23,225 bases of DNA from an uncultured Candidatus Bathyarchaeia archaeon (GCA_964450845.1 CAYVGZ010000015.1:1-23225); one strand, 5' to 3'; counted from the stretch's first letter, positions 8,723 to 17,549 are shown. Notes: generated from the sequence alone by a model not told the origin. Program-made: numbers and translations.

Positions 8723-9178
8723 CTATTCATTTTCGTATTTTTCTCGGAGCAGTTTAAATTTGCAATAACTGTAAAGCGCATCGTAAACGTATTTTGCCTT
8801 CTCTACAGCTTCAAAATCGTCTTTTGCATTAAACCTTGCACCCGTCATTATTGCATCTAACCCTATTCCTTCAGGCGCTAGCCCTCTGTCACTTGTGTCT
8901 GCAGAATGCACTATTTTGGCGAGTTCAGTAAGCACGGGGTCTTTGAGGTGATATTCTTCTATTATGCTTTCGAAGCTGCATTTTCCATCTCTGTGTCCGA
9001 ACTTAACTTCTGGCGCGTCGAAAGGTATTGCTTTCTGCGTTTTTTCAACTTCTTCAATCTTCTCCGTGGACACGAAGATGAATTCTGCTTTTGGGTCTAT
9101 GAACTTTTTGATAAGCCACGGACATGCTGTCCTATCCACATGCACATATCCACGAGTAACCCATTTCACATCATTCAC
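8723..9178 (-). CDS. Stand-alone ChrB C-terminal-domain protein (chromate-resistance family)
   Basis: KWVTR..VHVDRTACPWLIKKFIDP.AEF.FV, PFD, H...CSFE.II..Y.L.DP.L..LAKIVH.AD, YDALY are family hallmarks. Confidence 0.85.
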   Translation of the reverse strand: MNDVKWVTRGYVHVDRTACPWLIKKFIDPKAEFIFVSTEKIEEVEKTQKAIPFDAPEVKFGHRDGKCSFESIIEEYHLKDPVLTELAKIVHSADTSDRGLAPEGIGLDAIMTGARFNAKDDFEAVEKAKYVYDALYSYCKFKLLREKYENE

Positions 9179-9461
9179 CCGCCATCATTGATTGTTGTAG
9201 CTAGGAATAAACACTTTTTGATTGCTTTACCGCCATACATTTTTTCATTCATTAAACATGCTGAGTTATGCACCGCTTAAACATTCATTGCTTCTTTAAC
9301 TCTTTTACGAAAACTCGGTTTTAAAGCTGGGCATCACTGGAAATTCATGCGCAAAAACCTAGCTCAAAAGTGCTAACCCAATTATCATGTAAAGTTCGAA
9401 ATCTTCATAATCTAGAAGATAATTATGGAGAAAAGTTTGAAAATGTTGATAACAAAAGTGT

Positions 9462-9935
9462 TTAAAGTTTCTTTTTGTTAGCCACCTCCTTCTCTATGTC
9501 TAGTTCTCTCACTCTTGTTTCGATGAATTCTGCAACTTTCTCTTGGCTGTATTTCTTCTCTTCATATTGTTTTTTCAGCTGTTCTTTTATTTCTGCGAGA
9601 ACCTTTTCCATGTCGAATGGCTTCAATATGTAAGCATCTGCACCTCGGTTTACGGCTTCTACTGCGTTTTGGAGTGTTGGGTAGCCTGTAATGATTATTT
9701 TTCTTATTTTTGGTGTTGTGTTTTTCATTCTTGTTAGAAGCTCTATTCCTTCCATGTCCGGTAGGCGAATATCAATTAGGGCTAGGTTGTAGAATTTTCT
9801 TCTTGTTCTTTCTATTGCTTTTTTGGCAGTGTCTACTGACTCAATATTGTATCCTTCGTCTTCAAGGATTGTTGTCAATACTTTCCTTATGTTTTCATCA
9901 TCGTCAACAATGAGGATTCTAGCGGTTTCACCCAT
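9462..9935 (-). CDS. Response regulator: receiver domain plus short C-terminal tail, no recognisable DNA-binding domain
   Basis: ILIVDDD, phosphoacceptor LIDIRLPD, ITGY, KPF; GGAGGTG RBS inside the kinase 3' end. Confidence 0.93.
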   Translation of the reverse strand: MGETARILIVDDDENIRKVLTTILEDEGYNIESVDTAKKAIERTRRKFYNLALIDIRLPDMEGIELLTRMKNTTPKIRKIIITGYPTLQNAVEAVNRGADAYILKPFDMEKVLAEIKEQLKKQYEEKKYSQEKVAEFIETRVRELDIEKEVANKKKL

Positions 9936-12900
9936 ACTTTTTCACCTCCTTTTTCTATTTTCGGTTCGATTGGAAGCGTAACCCTAAAGGTTGTGCCCTT
10001 TCTGTGGGCGCTTTCTGCAGAAATAGTGCCTCCATGGACTTCTATGAAGCGTTTGCAGATTGGTAAGCCAAATCCCATTCCCTTTGCTTTTGTTGTAAAA
10101 AGCGGCGTCCAAAGCTTCTCTAATGTTGCTTTTGACATGCCACTTCCCGTGTCTGAGAAAACTATTTCCAAGTTGCCATCTAGTCTTTTGCTTTTTATTG
10201 TCAATGTGCCACCTTTAGGCATGGCTTCAACTGCGTTTTTGATGATGTTCACGAAGACCCTCTTTATTTTTCCAACGTCAACATTTATCTTTAGTTTATT
10301 CTCGGTTAGGTCTACTATCCTTACGTTTTTAGGAATCTCCACGAGAGACATAGCTTCTTTTACTATTAATTTGAAATTGCTTTCCGTCAGTTCAAGCTCT
10401 ATCTCCTTTGAGTAATCCAAAAGGTCGTTTATGATTTTGTTTGAGTAAGCTATGTTTCCTTCTATCAGCGCCAACATCTCCTTTATTTTACTGTCAACCT
10501 CTGGACTCAACCGTTTTTTCAGGTAGTATTCAGCGCCTGAAATGCTTGTTAAAGGATTACGTAAGTCATGCCCAACCATACCTGCCAGTTCGCCTATAAC
10601 TGCAAGTCTTTGAGCTTTAAGTAACTGTTCTTGGGATTTCTTCAGCTCGCGGGTTCTCTCTTCCACTTTTTGTTCAAGTTGCCCGGCATACTCTTCAAGT
10701 TGCTTCCTCGCTTCTCTCAAGCTTTCGATGAGCTGTGCATTTTCAATAGTTATGGCAGCTTGGTGCAAGAATAGTTCCAAAGGAGTAAGGGAGTCTTTTG
10801 TTGGCTTTCGACCGTCTACTGGATCGTCCATGCTTAAGATGCCCACGATTCTTCCTTCGAGTGTGCGTAGGGGAGCATAAAGCATGTCCTGTGGGTGCCA
10901 ATCAACCATTTCTTTCAAAGAAAGTTTACTTGGAACTCCTGCATAAGTTGTTGCTTCATCAAGCGGTGTTCCAGGTGGGGCACCATGAACCTTTTCTCGA
11001 ATCCATGGGTCACTCCACGGGAGATAGTAGAACCCGTTTATCTTGAATCGTTCAAATTTCGGGCCTAATCGTTCCCGCCAGACATGTCCCGTTGCTTTTC
11101 TTCGTAGCAAAAGTCTTGTTTCTTCTTTTGTAAGACCCGCTGTGACCAGTTCTATTCCTTCCAAATTTTCGTCTCTGAGGGAGATTACAACCCTTCTCCA
11201 TCCAAATTTCAAGATGGCTTTCGCGATTACTTTTAGCCTTTTACGCATGTCTTTGGCATTCATAATTCCTGTCGAGCTTTTCATAAGATTTGTTAGTTTT
11301 TTGGAGATTATTCTCAGCTTCTCTTGCCTTTTTAGATCTCCAATCGCAGTGGCAGCGTGAGAGGCCAATATTTCGAGAAGTTTTTTATCTTCTTTGTCGA
11401 AGGCTGAAAGTCTTTTGCTTTCCACGTTTAAAACGCCTAAGACTTTGTTTCCTATTTTGATTGGCACTGCAAGTTCAGAGAGCATGCCTCTTACGCCAGC
11501 CCTAACGTAGGCTTTCTCCTTTCTAATGTCTGGAACATAAACGGGCTTGCCTGTTTTTGCTGCTCTAACAGTTACACCTTTCGCTTCGTCTAATGGCAAG
11601 TCAACTTTTAGTTTCTTTGGATATTTACGGTGGGCTGTTAAGTGGAGTATTTTCCCTTCTATCATGAAGAAAGAGGCATATTCGAATCCTAATGTTTTTT
11701 CCATGGCGTCTAATGTCAGTTTATAAACTTCTTCCATGTTCTCCGCCATGTTTAATTTCTTGCCATATTCATTTAGCGCAGAAAGTCTTTCTTGTCTCTT
11801 TAGGTTGGTTATGGCAATTGCGGCATGTGAAGCCAATGTTTCTAGTAGTCCCCTATCATTTTCATCAAAGGCTGAAAGTCTTTTGCTTTCCACGTTTAAA
11901 ACGCCTAAGACTTTGTTTCCTATTTTGATTGGCACTGCAAGTTCAGAGAGCATGCCTCTTACGCCAGCCCTAACGTAGGCTTTCTCCTTTCTAATGTCTG
12001 GAACATAAACGGGCTTGCCTGTTTTTGCTGCTCTAACAGTTACACCTTTCGCTTCGTCTAATGGCAAGTCAACTTTTAGTTTCTTTGGATATTTACGGTG
12101 GGCTGTTAAGTGGAGTATTTTCCCTTCTATCATGAAGAAAGAGGCATATTCGAATCCTAATGTTTTTTCCATGGCGTCTAATGTCAGTTTATAAACTTCT
12201 TCCATGTTCTTTGCTCTATTCAAGCTTTGGCCATACATGTTCAGTGCAGAGAGCTGCTCTTCGAAACGTTTCCTTTCGTCTTCTATTCTTTTGTTTTCGC
12301 TTATGTCAAGTAACTGAGCTATAGTGCATGTTTTACCGTGTCTGTCTCGTATGGTTGTGGATTTGATCTCAACATCTCTTTTCTCGCCGTCCTTTCGGAC
12401 TATTTTGAACTTGTATTGAGAAGGTACACTTTCTCTCCTCTGTCTGCGGATGTATCTATCTTCAACCATAGCTTTGCTGTTTTCATCGAGAAACTTTCTG
12501 AAGTCATGCCCAACCATTTTCTCTTTCGAACATCCACTCAAACGTACTGCTTCATCATTAGCATAAACAATTCGGAAGTTGTCATCTATGATTAAGATGC
12601 AATCGTGGGAGTTGTCCACAACGGAGCGGAAAAGCTGTTCGCTCTCACGTAATGCCTCTTCCATTTCCTTTTGTTCGGTAACGTCGATGGCTATTCCAAA
12701 TTGGACATATTTGCCTCCAGGCTGTTTTATGGCTTTGTCTATGCATTTGTACCAGCGTTTGTTCTTTTGATTTTGAAGTCCTCTGATGCGAGTTTTTTCT
12801 TTTTCTCTTAAGAGGTGTTTGTTGGTGCAGAAGGGGCATGGTCGATTTAAGCTGTGAAATACTTCGTAGCATTTCTTGCCTAGGATTTTTTTGCCGAAGA

Positions 12901-13054
12901 GCTCCTTGGCTTTCTTGTTGGCAAAGAGTATTTCATAACTGTCTGGGTCTATAACGTAAATTATTTCATCTATTCCGTCAGTGAGAACACGTAGTCTCTC
13001 CAACTCTTTTTTTAACTGTTCTCCGATTATACTGTAACTTTTCACTTTCTTCAT
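9887..13054 (-). CDS. Soluble sensor histidine kinase (PAS-PAS-GAF-GAF-GAF-HisKA-HATPase)
   Basis: H box GHDLRNPL, N box NIIKNAVEAM, G1 SDTGSGM, F box LFTTK, G2 GMGFGL; two PAS-like and three GAF-like segments; no TM helix. Confidence 0.93.
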   Translation of the reverse strand: MKKVKSYSIIGEQLKKELERLRVLTDGIDEIIYVIDPDSYEILFANKKAKELFGKKILGKKCYEVFHSLNRPCPFCTNKHLLREKEKTRIRGLQNQKNKRWYKCIDKAIKQPGGKYVQFGIAIDVTEQKEMEEALRESEQLFRSVVDNSHDCILIIDDNFRIVYANDEAVRLSGCSKEKMVGHDFRKFLDENSKAMVEDRYIRRQRRESVPSQYKFKIVRKDGEKRDVEIKSTTIRDRHGKTCTIAQLLDISENKRIEDERKRFEEQLSALNMYGQSLNRAKNMEEVYKLTLDAMEKTLGFEYASFFMIEGKILHLTAHRKYPKKLKVDLPLDEAKGVTVRAAKTGKPVYVPDIRKEKAYVRAGVRGMLSELAVPIKIGNKVLGVLNVESKRLSAFDENDRGLLETLASHAAIAITNLKRQERLSALNEYGKKLNMAENMEEVYKLTLDAMEKTLGFEYASFFMIEGKILHLTAHRKYPKKLKVDLPLDEAKGVTVRAAKTGKPVYVPDIRKEKAYVRAGVRGMLSELAVPIKIGNKVLGVLNVESKRLSAFDKEDKKLLEILASHAATAIGDLKRQEKLRIISKKLTNLMKSSTGIMNAKDMRKRLKVIAKAILKFGWRRVVISLRDENLEGIELVTAGLTKEETRLLLRRKATGHVWRERLGPKFERFKINGFYYLPWSDPWIREKVHGAPPGTPLDEATTYAGVPSKLSLKEMVDWHPQDMLYAPLRTLEGRIVGILSMDDPVDGRKPTKDSLTPLELFLHQAAITIENAQLIESLREARKQLEEYAGQLEQKVEERTRELKKSQEQLLKAQRLAVIGELAGMVGHDLRNPLTSISGAEYYLKKRLSPEVDSKIKEMLALIEGNIAYSNKIINDLLDYSKEIELELTESNFKLIVKEAMSLVEIPKNVRIVDLTENKLKINVDVGKIKRVFVNIIKNAVEAMPKGGTLTIKSKRLDGNLEIVFSDTGSGMSKATLEKLWTPLFTTKAKGMGFGLPICKRFIEVHGGTISAESAHRKGTTFRVTLPIEPKIEKGGEKVWVKPLESSLLTMMKT
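11400..12210. repeat. 343-bp perfect direct repeat (11400-11742 and 11868-12210; period 468 bp = 156 codons) in the kinase GAF domains
   Basis: Base-by-base comparison found no mismatch; protein block NMEEVYKLTL...SKRLSAF occurs twice. Confidence 0.97.
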
Positions 13055-13383
13055 ACTGTCACATATCCCCCTTTAGGCGGCAAGCGTTTCTTCACGCTAT
13101 CCACACACTCTAAAAAGCCTCTACTTTCTACATCTTCAAACTCCAAGCCCAGCTTTTCATAAAGACATTTCACAATGAGCTTTTCAAGGTATAAAGCCCC
13201 AGGTCCAAAAATTTTTTCCAAAGCCTTTGCAAATTCTGTTATGTTTTCTGGAATGCGCTCTTTCTTTAGCTTAAAGGAGGCTTCTAAATGGAAGAGTATA
13301 GCCTGTTTGGGTGAATCCCCTAGAGACGATAAGCTTTCTTCAACTGCTGCTAAAAGAATTTGGCTAAAGTCATTTTGAGGCAA
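13051..13383 (-). CDS. Stand-alone NitrOD5/DUF3227-like protein
   Basis: LL.AVEE.LSSLG.S.KQAI.FHLE..F....IP.....F...LEKIFG.GA..LE.LI.K.LYEKLG pattern recalled for this family; TTG start; ATGA overlap with the kinase. Confidence 0.72.
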   Translation of the reverse strand: MPQNDFSQILLAAVEESLSSLGDSPKQAILFHLEASFKLKKERIPENITEFAKALEKIFGPGALYLEKLIVKCLYEKLGLEFEDVESRGFLECVDSVKKRLPPKGGYVTV

Positions 13384-13502
13384 ACGTAACCCTCGAGGAT
13401 TGAATCAAGTTTTAGAATGAAACTCTATGGAGCCTTGATAAATCCTTTGTGAACTTCAAATATTGATTGTTAAGCTCAGCACTTTAGGGAAGTGCAAAGG
13501 GC

Positions 13503-13856
13503 TTAGATTTCTATTGCTTTAGCTTCCTTCTCTCTCTTCAAGAAACTTCGTTTGGCTGCTGCCACATATTCAACAAAAACAAGTCTTTTGTTTTGATTCC
13601 ATTCAAGAGGCTGCCCAATCTTTTCGAATAAACTTTTCATTATTAAAATCTCTATAAAATGGGCTCCTAAACCAAAAATCTTTTCAAGTCCGTCTGTAAA
13701 GTCCTCAAGATGGTAGGGAATGTCGTTTTTTGCTATTTTAAATTTGTCTTCGAGGTGAAAGTAGATTGCTTGCTTAGCTGATTCTCCAAGTGAAGCCAAA
13801 CCTTCATCCACGGCTTCAATTAAAAGGTTCTCGAAGACTTTTCTTTTTCTTGTCAA
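13503..13856 (-). CDS. Second NitrOD5/DUF3227-like paralogue
   Basis: Clearly homologous to 13051-13383 (AVDEGLASLGESAKQAIYFHLE...LEKIFGLGA). Confidence 0.72.
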   Translation of the reverse strand: MTRKRKVFENLLIEAVDEGLASLGESAKQAIYFHLEDKFKIAKNDIPYHLEDFTDGLEKIFGLGAHFIEILIMKSLFEKIGQPLEWNQNKRLVFVEYVAAAKRSFLKREKEAKAIEI

Positions 13857-14332
13857 TCTTTGGATTCCTTCATGAGGAGCTGTTCTGGAGTCTAGCTAAT
13901 GGTTCTATAAATAACTTGCTTGTGAATTTTTAAATTTTATCCTTAATCACGCTGGTTTTGAGCCGAAATTCGAATCGGAGCCCATTTAAAAACAGTACAG
14001 TGAGAAACTTTTATCCTTTAACCTCAAAAGATTGATTGCTTGTGTTGTGCATCCTTTCCCTTATTAGGCTTAGCTCTTTCGCATATAATCACTTTGTGAC
14101 ATGATTCAACATTCTTGTTCATAAACAAAAGATAGTTACGTCGCATTAAAAAGTTTTTAAGAATAGTTGAAAGAAAAAATTTTTTACGGACGTCAAAAAT
14201 GAGTAATAAAAGACACGGAATAAAAATTTAGAATTTGAATTCCTTTTTGATTTTTCCTTTCTCCTCTCGTCAAAAGCTATATGCACTTTCCTTGGAGGCG
14301 GGAAATGCGCTGGTAGGAGGTGAAAATGAGAA

Positions 14333-14572
14333 ATGGATTTGTTGAATGTTGGTTTGGGAGTTTGTGCGGCTTTGGTTTATGCTTTCTTGGGCTATGCAGC
14401 GCAAGATAAAGCTTTCAGTTGGAAAAAGTTTCTGCGTACAGTGGCTATTGGCGCTTTCTCAGCGTTGGGGTTGGATATGGCGGGTATGACTTTTGATGTT
14501 TATACGGCGCTTGTGGGTCCGACGGCGATAACTGTTTGGCTTACGAAACTGGTTGACACAGCGAAGCCATAA
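14333..14572 (+). CDS. Small 2-3 TM membrane protein, holin-like (weak)
   Basis: 79 aa, hydrophobic segments around FSWKKFLRTV; GGAGGTG upstream; oligo-T tract after the stop. Confidence 0.65.
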   Translation: MDLLNVGLGVCAALVYAFLGYAAQDKAFSWKKFLRTVAIGAFSALGLDMAGMTFDVYTALVGPTAITVWLTKLVDTAKP

Positions 14573-14665
14573 CAAAGCTCTTTTTTCTTCTCTTTTTTTT
14601 CAGAATCAGAAGGATGTTCCACAAGTTATAAAAACTGAAACAGAAGAAATAATGGGCGATGTACT

Positions 14666-16330
14666 ATGAAAAGAAAATTTGTGTTAATTCTAAGCATATT
14701 TGCATTGCTGTCTACTATGCTATCTGTTAGGTTCAATACTGTTGAAGTGAAAGCCTCGGGTGATATAGACCCGTCAAAAATTTATGGAATAGAGATGCTG
14801 TGGAACAATTCCATGAGCGTGTATGATGTGGCAGTGTCGAAAGACAGTAACTACATAGCCGCTGTGAATTACACGGGCGTATTCTATTTTGCATCAGACA
14901 ATTCGACTCCAAAATGGTGGTGTCTGTGGCAAACTACGTTTCTTTCTGTTGCAATTTCGGCTGATGGAGAATACGTAGTTGCAGGCGACAACGACGGACA
15001 CATATACTACTTCAATGATTCACAGGCAACAACTGGTGAGCGCGATTATCCAACGTGGATGACTATAGATCTTTGGGGACCAGTTGAAAGAGGTACATTA
15101 GACATGTCTGATGATGGAGAATACGTTGTTGTAGGTGGAACAGGCGTGGGTTTGTATTACTTTGCTGGATGCACATCAAGATCAAGTTTTGATGAAAGTC
15201 CCACTTGGCAGAAAATTTTCGGCATAAGCGACTTTCTCGCAGTACACATATCATCAGACGGCAAATATGTGGCTGCAGGAGGAACTAATTCTTCCTATAC
15301 AGGTTTCGTTATTTTCTACAATAACGCAAGTGGAGCCACAGACCCATACGAACCAAGTTGGGTTTCTTGGAGTTCAATAAACAGTCGCATAATAGATTTG
15401 GCGTTGTCTGATGATGGTTATTCTGTTGTTGCAATAGACGAGGGTCCCATCCCCTCCACTCTTTACTATTGGGCAAATGCCACTGCTCTTTCAGGAGACC
15501 CCAACGCTACATGGACTAATAGTTGGATATTCAATTGCGTGGACATGAGTGCTGATGGCGACGAAGTTATAGCTGGCACCGCCCCTCTGTTTCCATGCGG
15601 CTTGCACTTCTGGGCTGATGCTAGGGAACGTTCTGGTCCCGAGCAAGTTGAAAACTGGAACAGAACTGAAGGCGAAACTATATGGGACGTGGCAATGAGC
15701 GATAACGGCGGAATAATAGCTGCATCTGCTCAAACAATAGATCAGAACTACACAGCTTACTTCTTCAAATCTGACGGCAACATGATAGCCAGCTTTGACT
15801 TGCCTCAATACAACCCATTGGTTTCGATTTCTGGAAACGGTCTCATAACCGCTGTTGCAGGTCCAGGTTGGGACAGCCTTTACGTGTTCAAAACGATAAC
15901 AGATACAATGCCGCCTTTAATAAAGGACGTATATCAGCAACCGACCAACACCACTGTTCAGCCAGAAGACGACGTGATGGTTTTTGCCAACGTCACCGAC
16001 GGCCTGAGCGGAGTGAAACAAGTCATTCTGAACTACACTTGGACTAATAGCACAGGAACATGGCACGGAACCCTTGTCATGGATCCTCTTGAACTGGACA
16101 TCTACAACGGCACAATCCCAAGATTACCATACTGCACAAACGTAACATACGTAATCATAGCGGAAGACAACTTCAACAACACCATCACAACCGCAGAAAT
16201 GGGACACCTATACAAATATCATGTAATCCCAGAATTTTCACCACAAATCGTTCTTCCACTACTTGCCACAGTTACACTACTAGCGATGCTGCTTCGCAAA
16301 AGAAAATTAATTTACCAAGCAAAAACTTGA
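14666..16330 (+). CDS. Cell-surface beta-propeller protein with Ig-like domain and PEF-CTERM sorting signal
   Basis: Signal peptide; eight blade repeats of type (D/S)V(A/D)(I/M)S.DG.Y(V/I).AG; DTMPPLI...NVTD..SGV..V.L.Y Ig-like module; IPEF + TM + RKRK tail. Confidence 0.85.
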   Translation: MKRKFVLILSIFALLSTMLSVRFNTVEVKASGDIDPSKIYGIEMLWNNSMSVYDVAVSKDSNYIAAVNYTGVFYFASDNSTPKWWCLWQTTFLSVAISADGEYVVAGDNDGHIYYFNDSQATTGERDYPTWMTIDLWGPVERGTLDMSDDGEYVVVGGTGVGLYYFAGCTSRSSFDESPTWQKIFGISDFLAVHISSDGKYVAAGGTNSSYTGFVIFYNNASGATDPYEPSWVSWSSINSRIIDLALSDDGYSVVAIDEGPIPSTLYYWANATALSGDPNATWTNSWIFNCVDMSADGDEVIAGTAPLFPCGLHFWADARERSGPEQVENWNRTEGETIWDVAMSDNGGIIAASAQTIDQNYTAYFFKSDGNMIASFDLPQYNPLVSISGNGLITAVAGPGWDSLYVFKTITDTMPPLIKDVYQQPTNTTVQPEDDVMVFANVTDGLSGVKQVILNYTWTNSTGTWHGTLVMDPLELDIYNGTIPRLPYCTNVTYVIIAEDNFNNTITTAEMGHLYKYHVIPEFSPQIVLPLLATVTLLAMLLRKRKLIYQAKT

Positions 16331-16474
16331 CAACAACTCCCAAAAACAGCGGCACGCCTTTTTTCTGTAAGCCGCGACTGCTTATAGTGCTACTTTAATG
16401 GATAATGGCATAAAAAAGCGATGATGTAAAAACCTTTTTTCCCATGCATTTTCAGCGTTTATGCCTTGATTGTA

Positions 16475-16666
16475 TTATTGTTGTTTTGGTTCTTGCCATT
16501 TCTCAATGAGCAGTTTGTTGTCTCCAAGTTTGAAGCTCACTTTCACAAGTATCGAGTCTGAGCCTTTAAATGGGAACATGCTGTCTTCAGCCAAGTCCAA
16601 TGGTAGATAAATCAGGTATTTGCCGTCTTTTCTTCTGAAAATTCGTCCTCTTCCTTCGTTAACCAT
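16475..16666 (-). CDS. Small AbrB/SpoVT-like (swapped-hairpin) protein
   Basis: 63 aa, beta-rich GRIFRRKDGKYLIYLPLD...VKVSF...KLLIEK; GGAGTG RBS. Confidence 0.6.
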   Translation of the reverse strand: MVNEGRGRIFRRKDGKYLIYLPLDLAEDSMFPFKGSDSILVKVSFKLGDNKLLIEKWQEPKQQ

Positions 16667-16946
16667 GCATCTTCACTCCAATTAAATCCAAGATTTAAGA
16701 ACTACGTTAATAGCGTATACATTATTTAAGCCTTATTGTGATTCTATCTGCATCTTAGAATGTTAAGTCCTTGAATTCTTTGCTTTTACAATAATGACAA
16801 ATTTCAAGTTTATAGCCAATAACAATAGTGTAAAGGTGAGTTGGCTTGTTCTTTTTTTGAGGAGAGTGTTGGAAGGGTTGGCAAGTTTTATTAGGAGGGG
16901 CAATGTTTTTGTTGGTTTTGACTGCTGCTTGGGTTGTGTTTGAGGC

Positions 16947-17549
16947 TTGCCTGTTAAATCTAGATCGAAGAGGAGGAAGTCTGGTTTTTTCAGTGGTAAG
17001 GTCGTGGCTTTTATTGTGGTTGTTTTGGTTGTTGTCGTTGTTGTGGCTGCTTATATGGTGGTTGGTAGGGGTGGTTCAGGTGGGAATAGCGGTGTGACGA
17101 GGGTTCTTTTGGTTACGAGTATGGGTAACTTTACTATTGAGTTGTATGGTGACATGCCAATTACGAGTGGGAATTTTGAGAATTTGGTGAGTGTTGGCGC
17201 TTATGATGGGACGATTTTTCACAGGGTTGTTGCTGGTTTTGTGGTTCAGGGTGGGGACGTTAGTGCGAAGGGGATTGATGTTGCTACGATTGAGAATGAG
17301 TTGCCGAATAAGCATAGTAATGTTCGTGGTTCGGTGGCGATGGCGAAGACGAGTGAGCCGGATTCTGCGACGAGTCAGTTTTACATTAATTTGGTGGATA
17401 ACAGTGCGGGTTTGGATAGTAATTATGTTGTTTTTGGAAGGGTTGTTGCGGGGATGGATGTTGTTGATGCCATTGGCGATGTGGCTGTGGATGCGGATGA
17501 TAAGCCTTTGGAAGATGTTACGTTGATTAGTGCGTCGATTGTTGGATGA
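16947..17549 (+). CDS. Cyclophilin-type peptidyl-prolyl cis-trans isomerase with N-terminal membrane anchor
   Basis: FHRVVAGFVVQGGD, RGSVAMAKT, ATSQFYINL, YVVFGRVV.GMDVVDAI; basic N-terminus followed by a Val-rich TM. Confidence 0.93.
   Translation: MPVKSRSKRRKSGFFSGKVVAFIVVVLVVVVVVAAYMVVGRGGSGGNSGVTRVLLVTSMGNFTIELYGDMPITSGNFENLVSVGAYDGTIFHRVVAGFVVQGGDVSAKGIDVATIENELPNKHSNVRGSVAMAKTSEPDSATSQFYINLVDNSAGLDSNYVVFGRVVAGMDVVDAIGDVAVDADDKPLEDVTLISASIVG

Noticed and set aside
9179-9461. Riboswitch (for example fluoride/crcB) upstream of the ChrB-MFS genes
   Set aside because: No match to the conserved GGYGAUG...GUUCRCC core was found on the coding strand.
9887-9935. 49-nt kinase/receiver overlap as a frameshifted hybrid kinase
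   Set aside because: The receiver has its own GGAGGTG and ATG; the kinase tail is simply run-through sequence.
14326-14409. Out-of-frame ATG 3 nt after GGAGGTG giving a 27-aa Cys/Gly peptide; possible holin-antiholin dual start
   Set aside because: Dual-start motifs are in-frame, the spacing is shorter than for other genes here, and nothing else supports the peptide.
8906-15808. Longer antisense/alternate ORFs (8906-9280, 9993-10415, 11043-11360, 15491-15808 and similar)
   Set aside because: Mostly or wholly overlap well-supported genes and show no recognisable features.
16903-17526. ORFs 16903-17097 and 17191-17526 (+), the first with GGAGGGG close to its ATG
   Set aside because: Alternative frames over the cyclophilin gene; the G+T-rich DNA suppresses stops and the products have no motifs.
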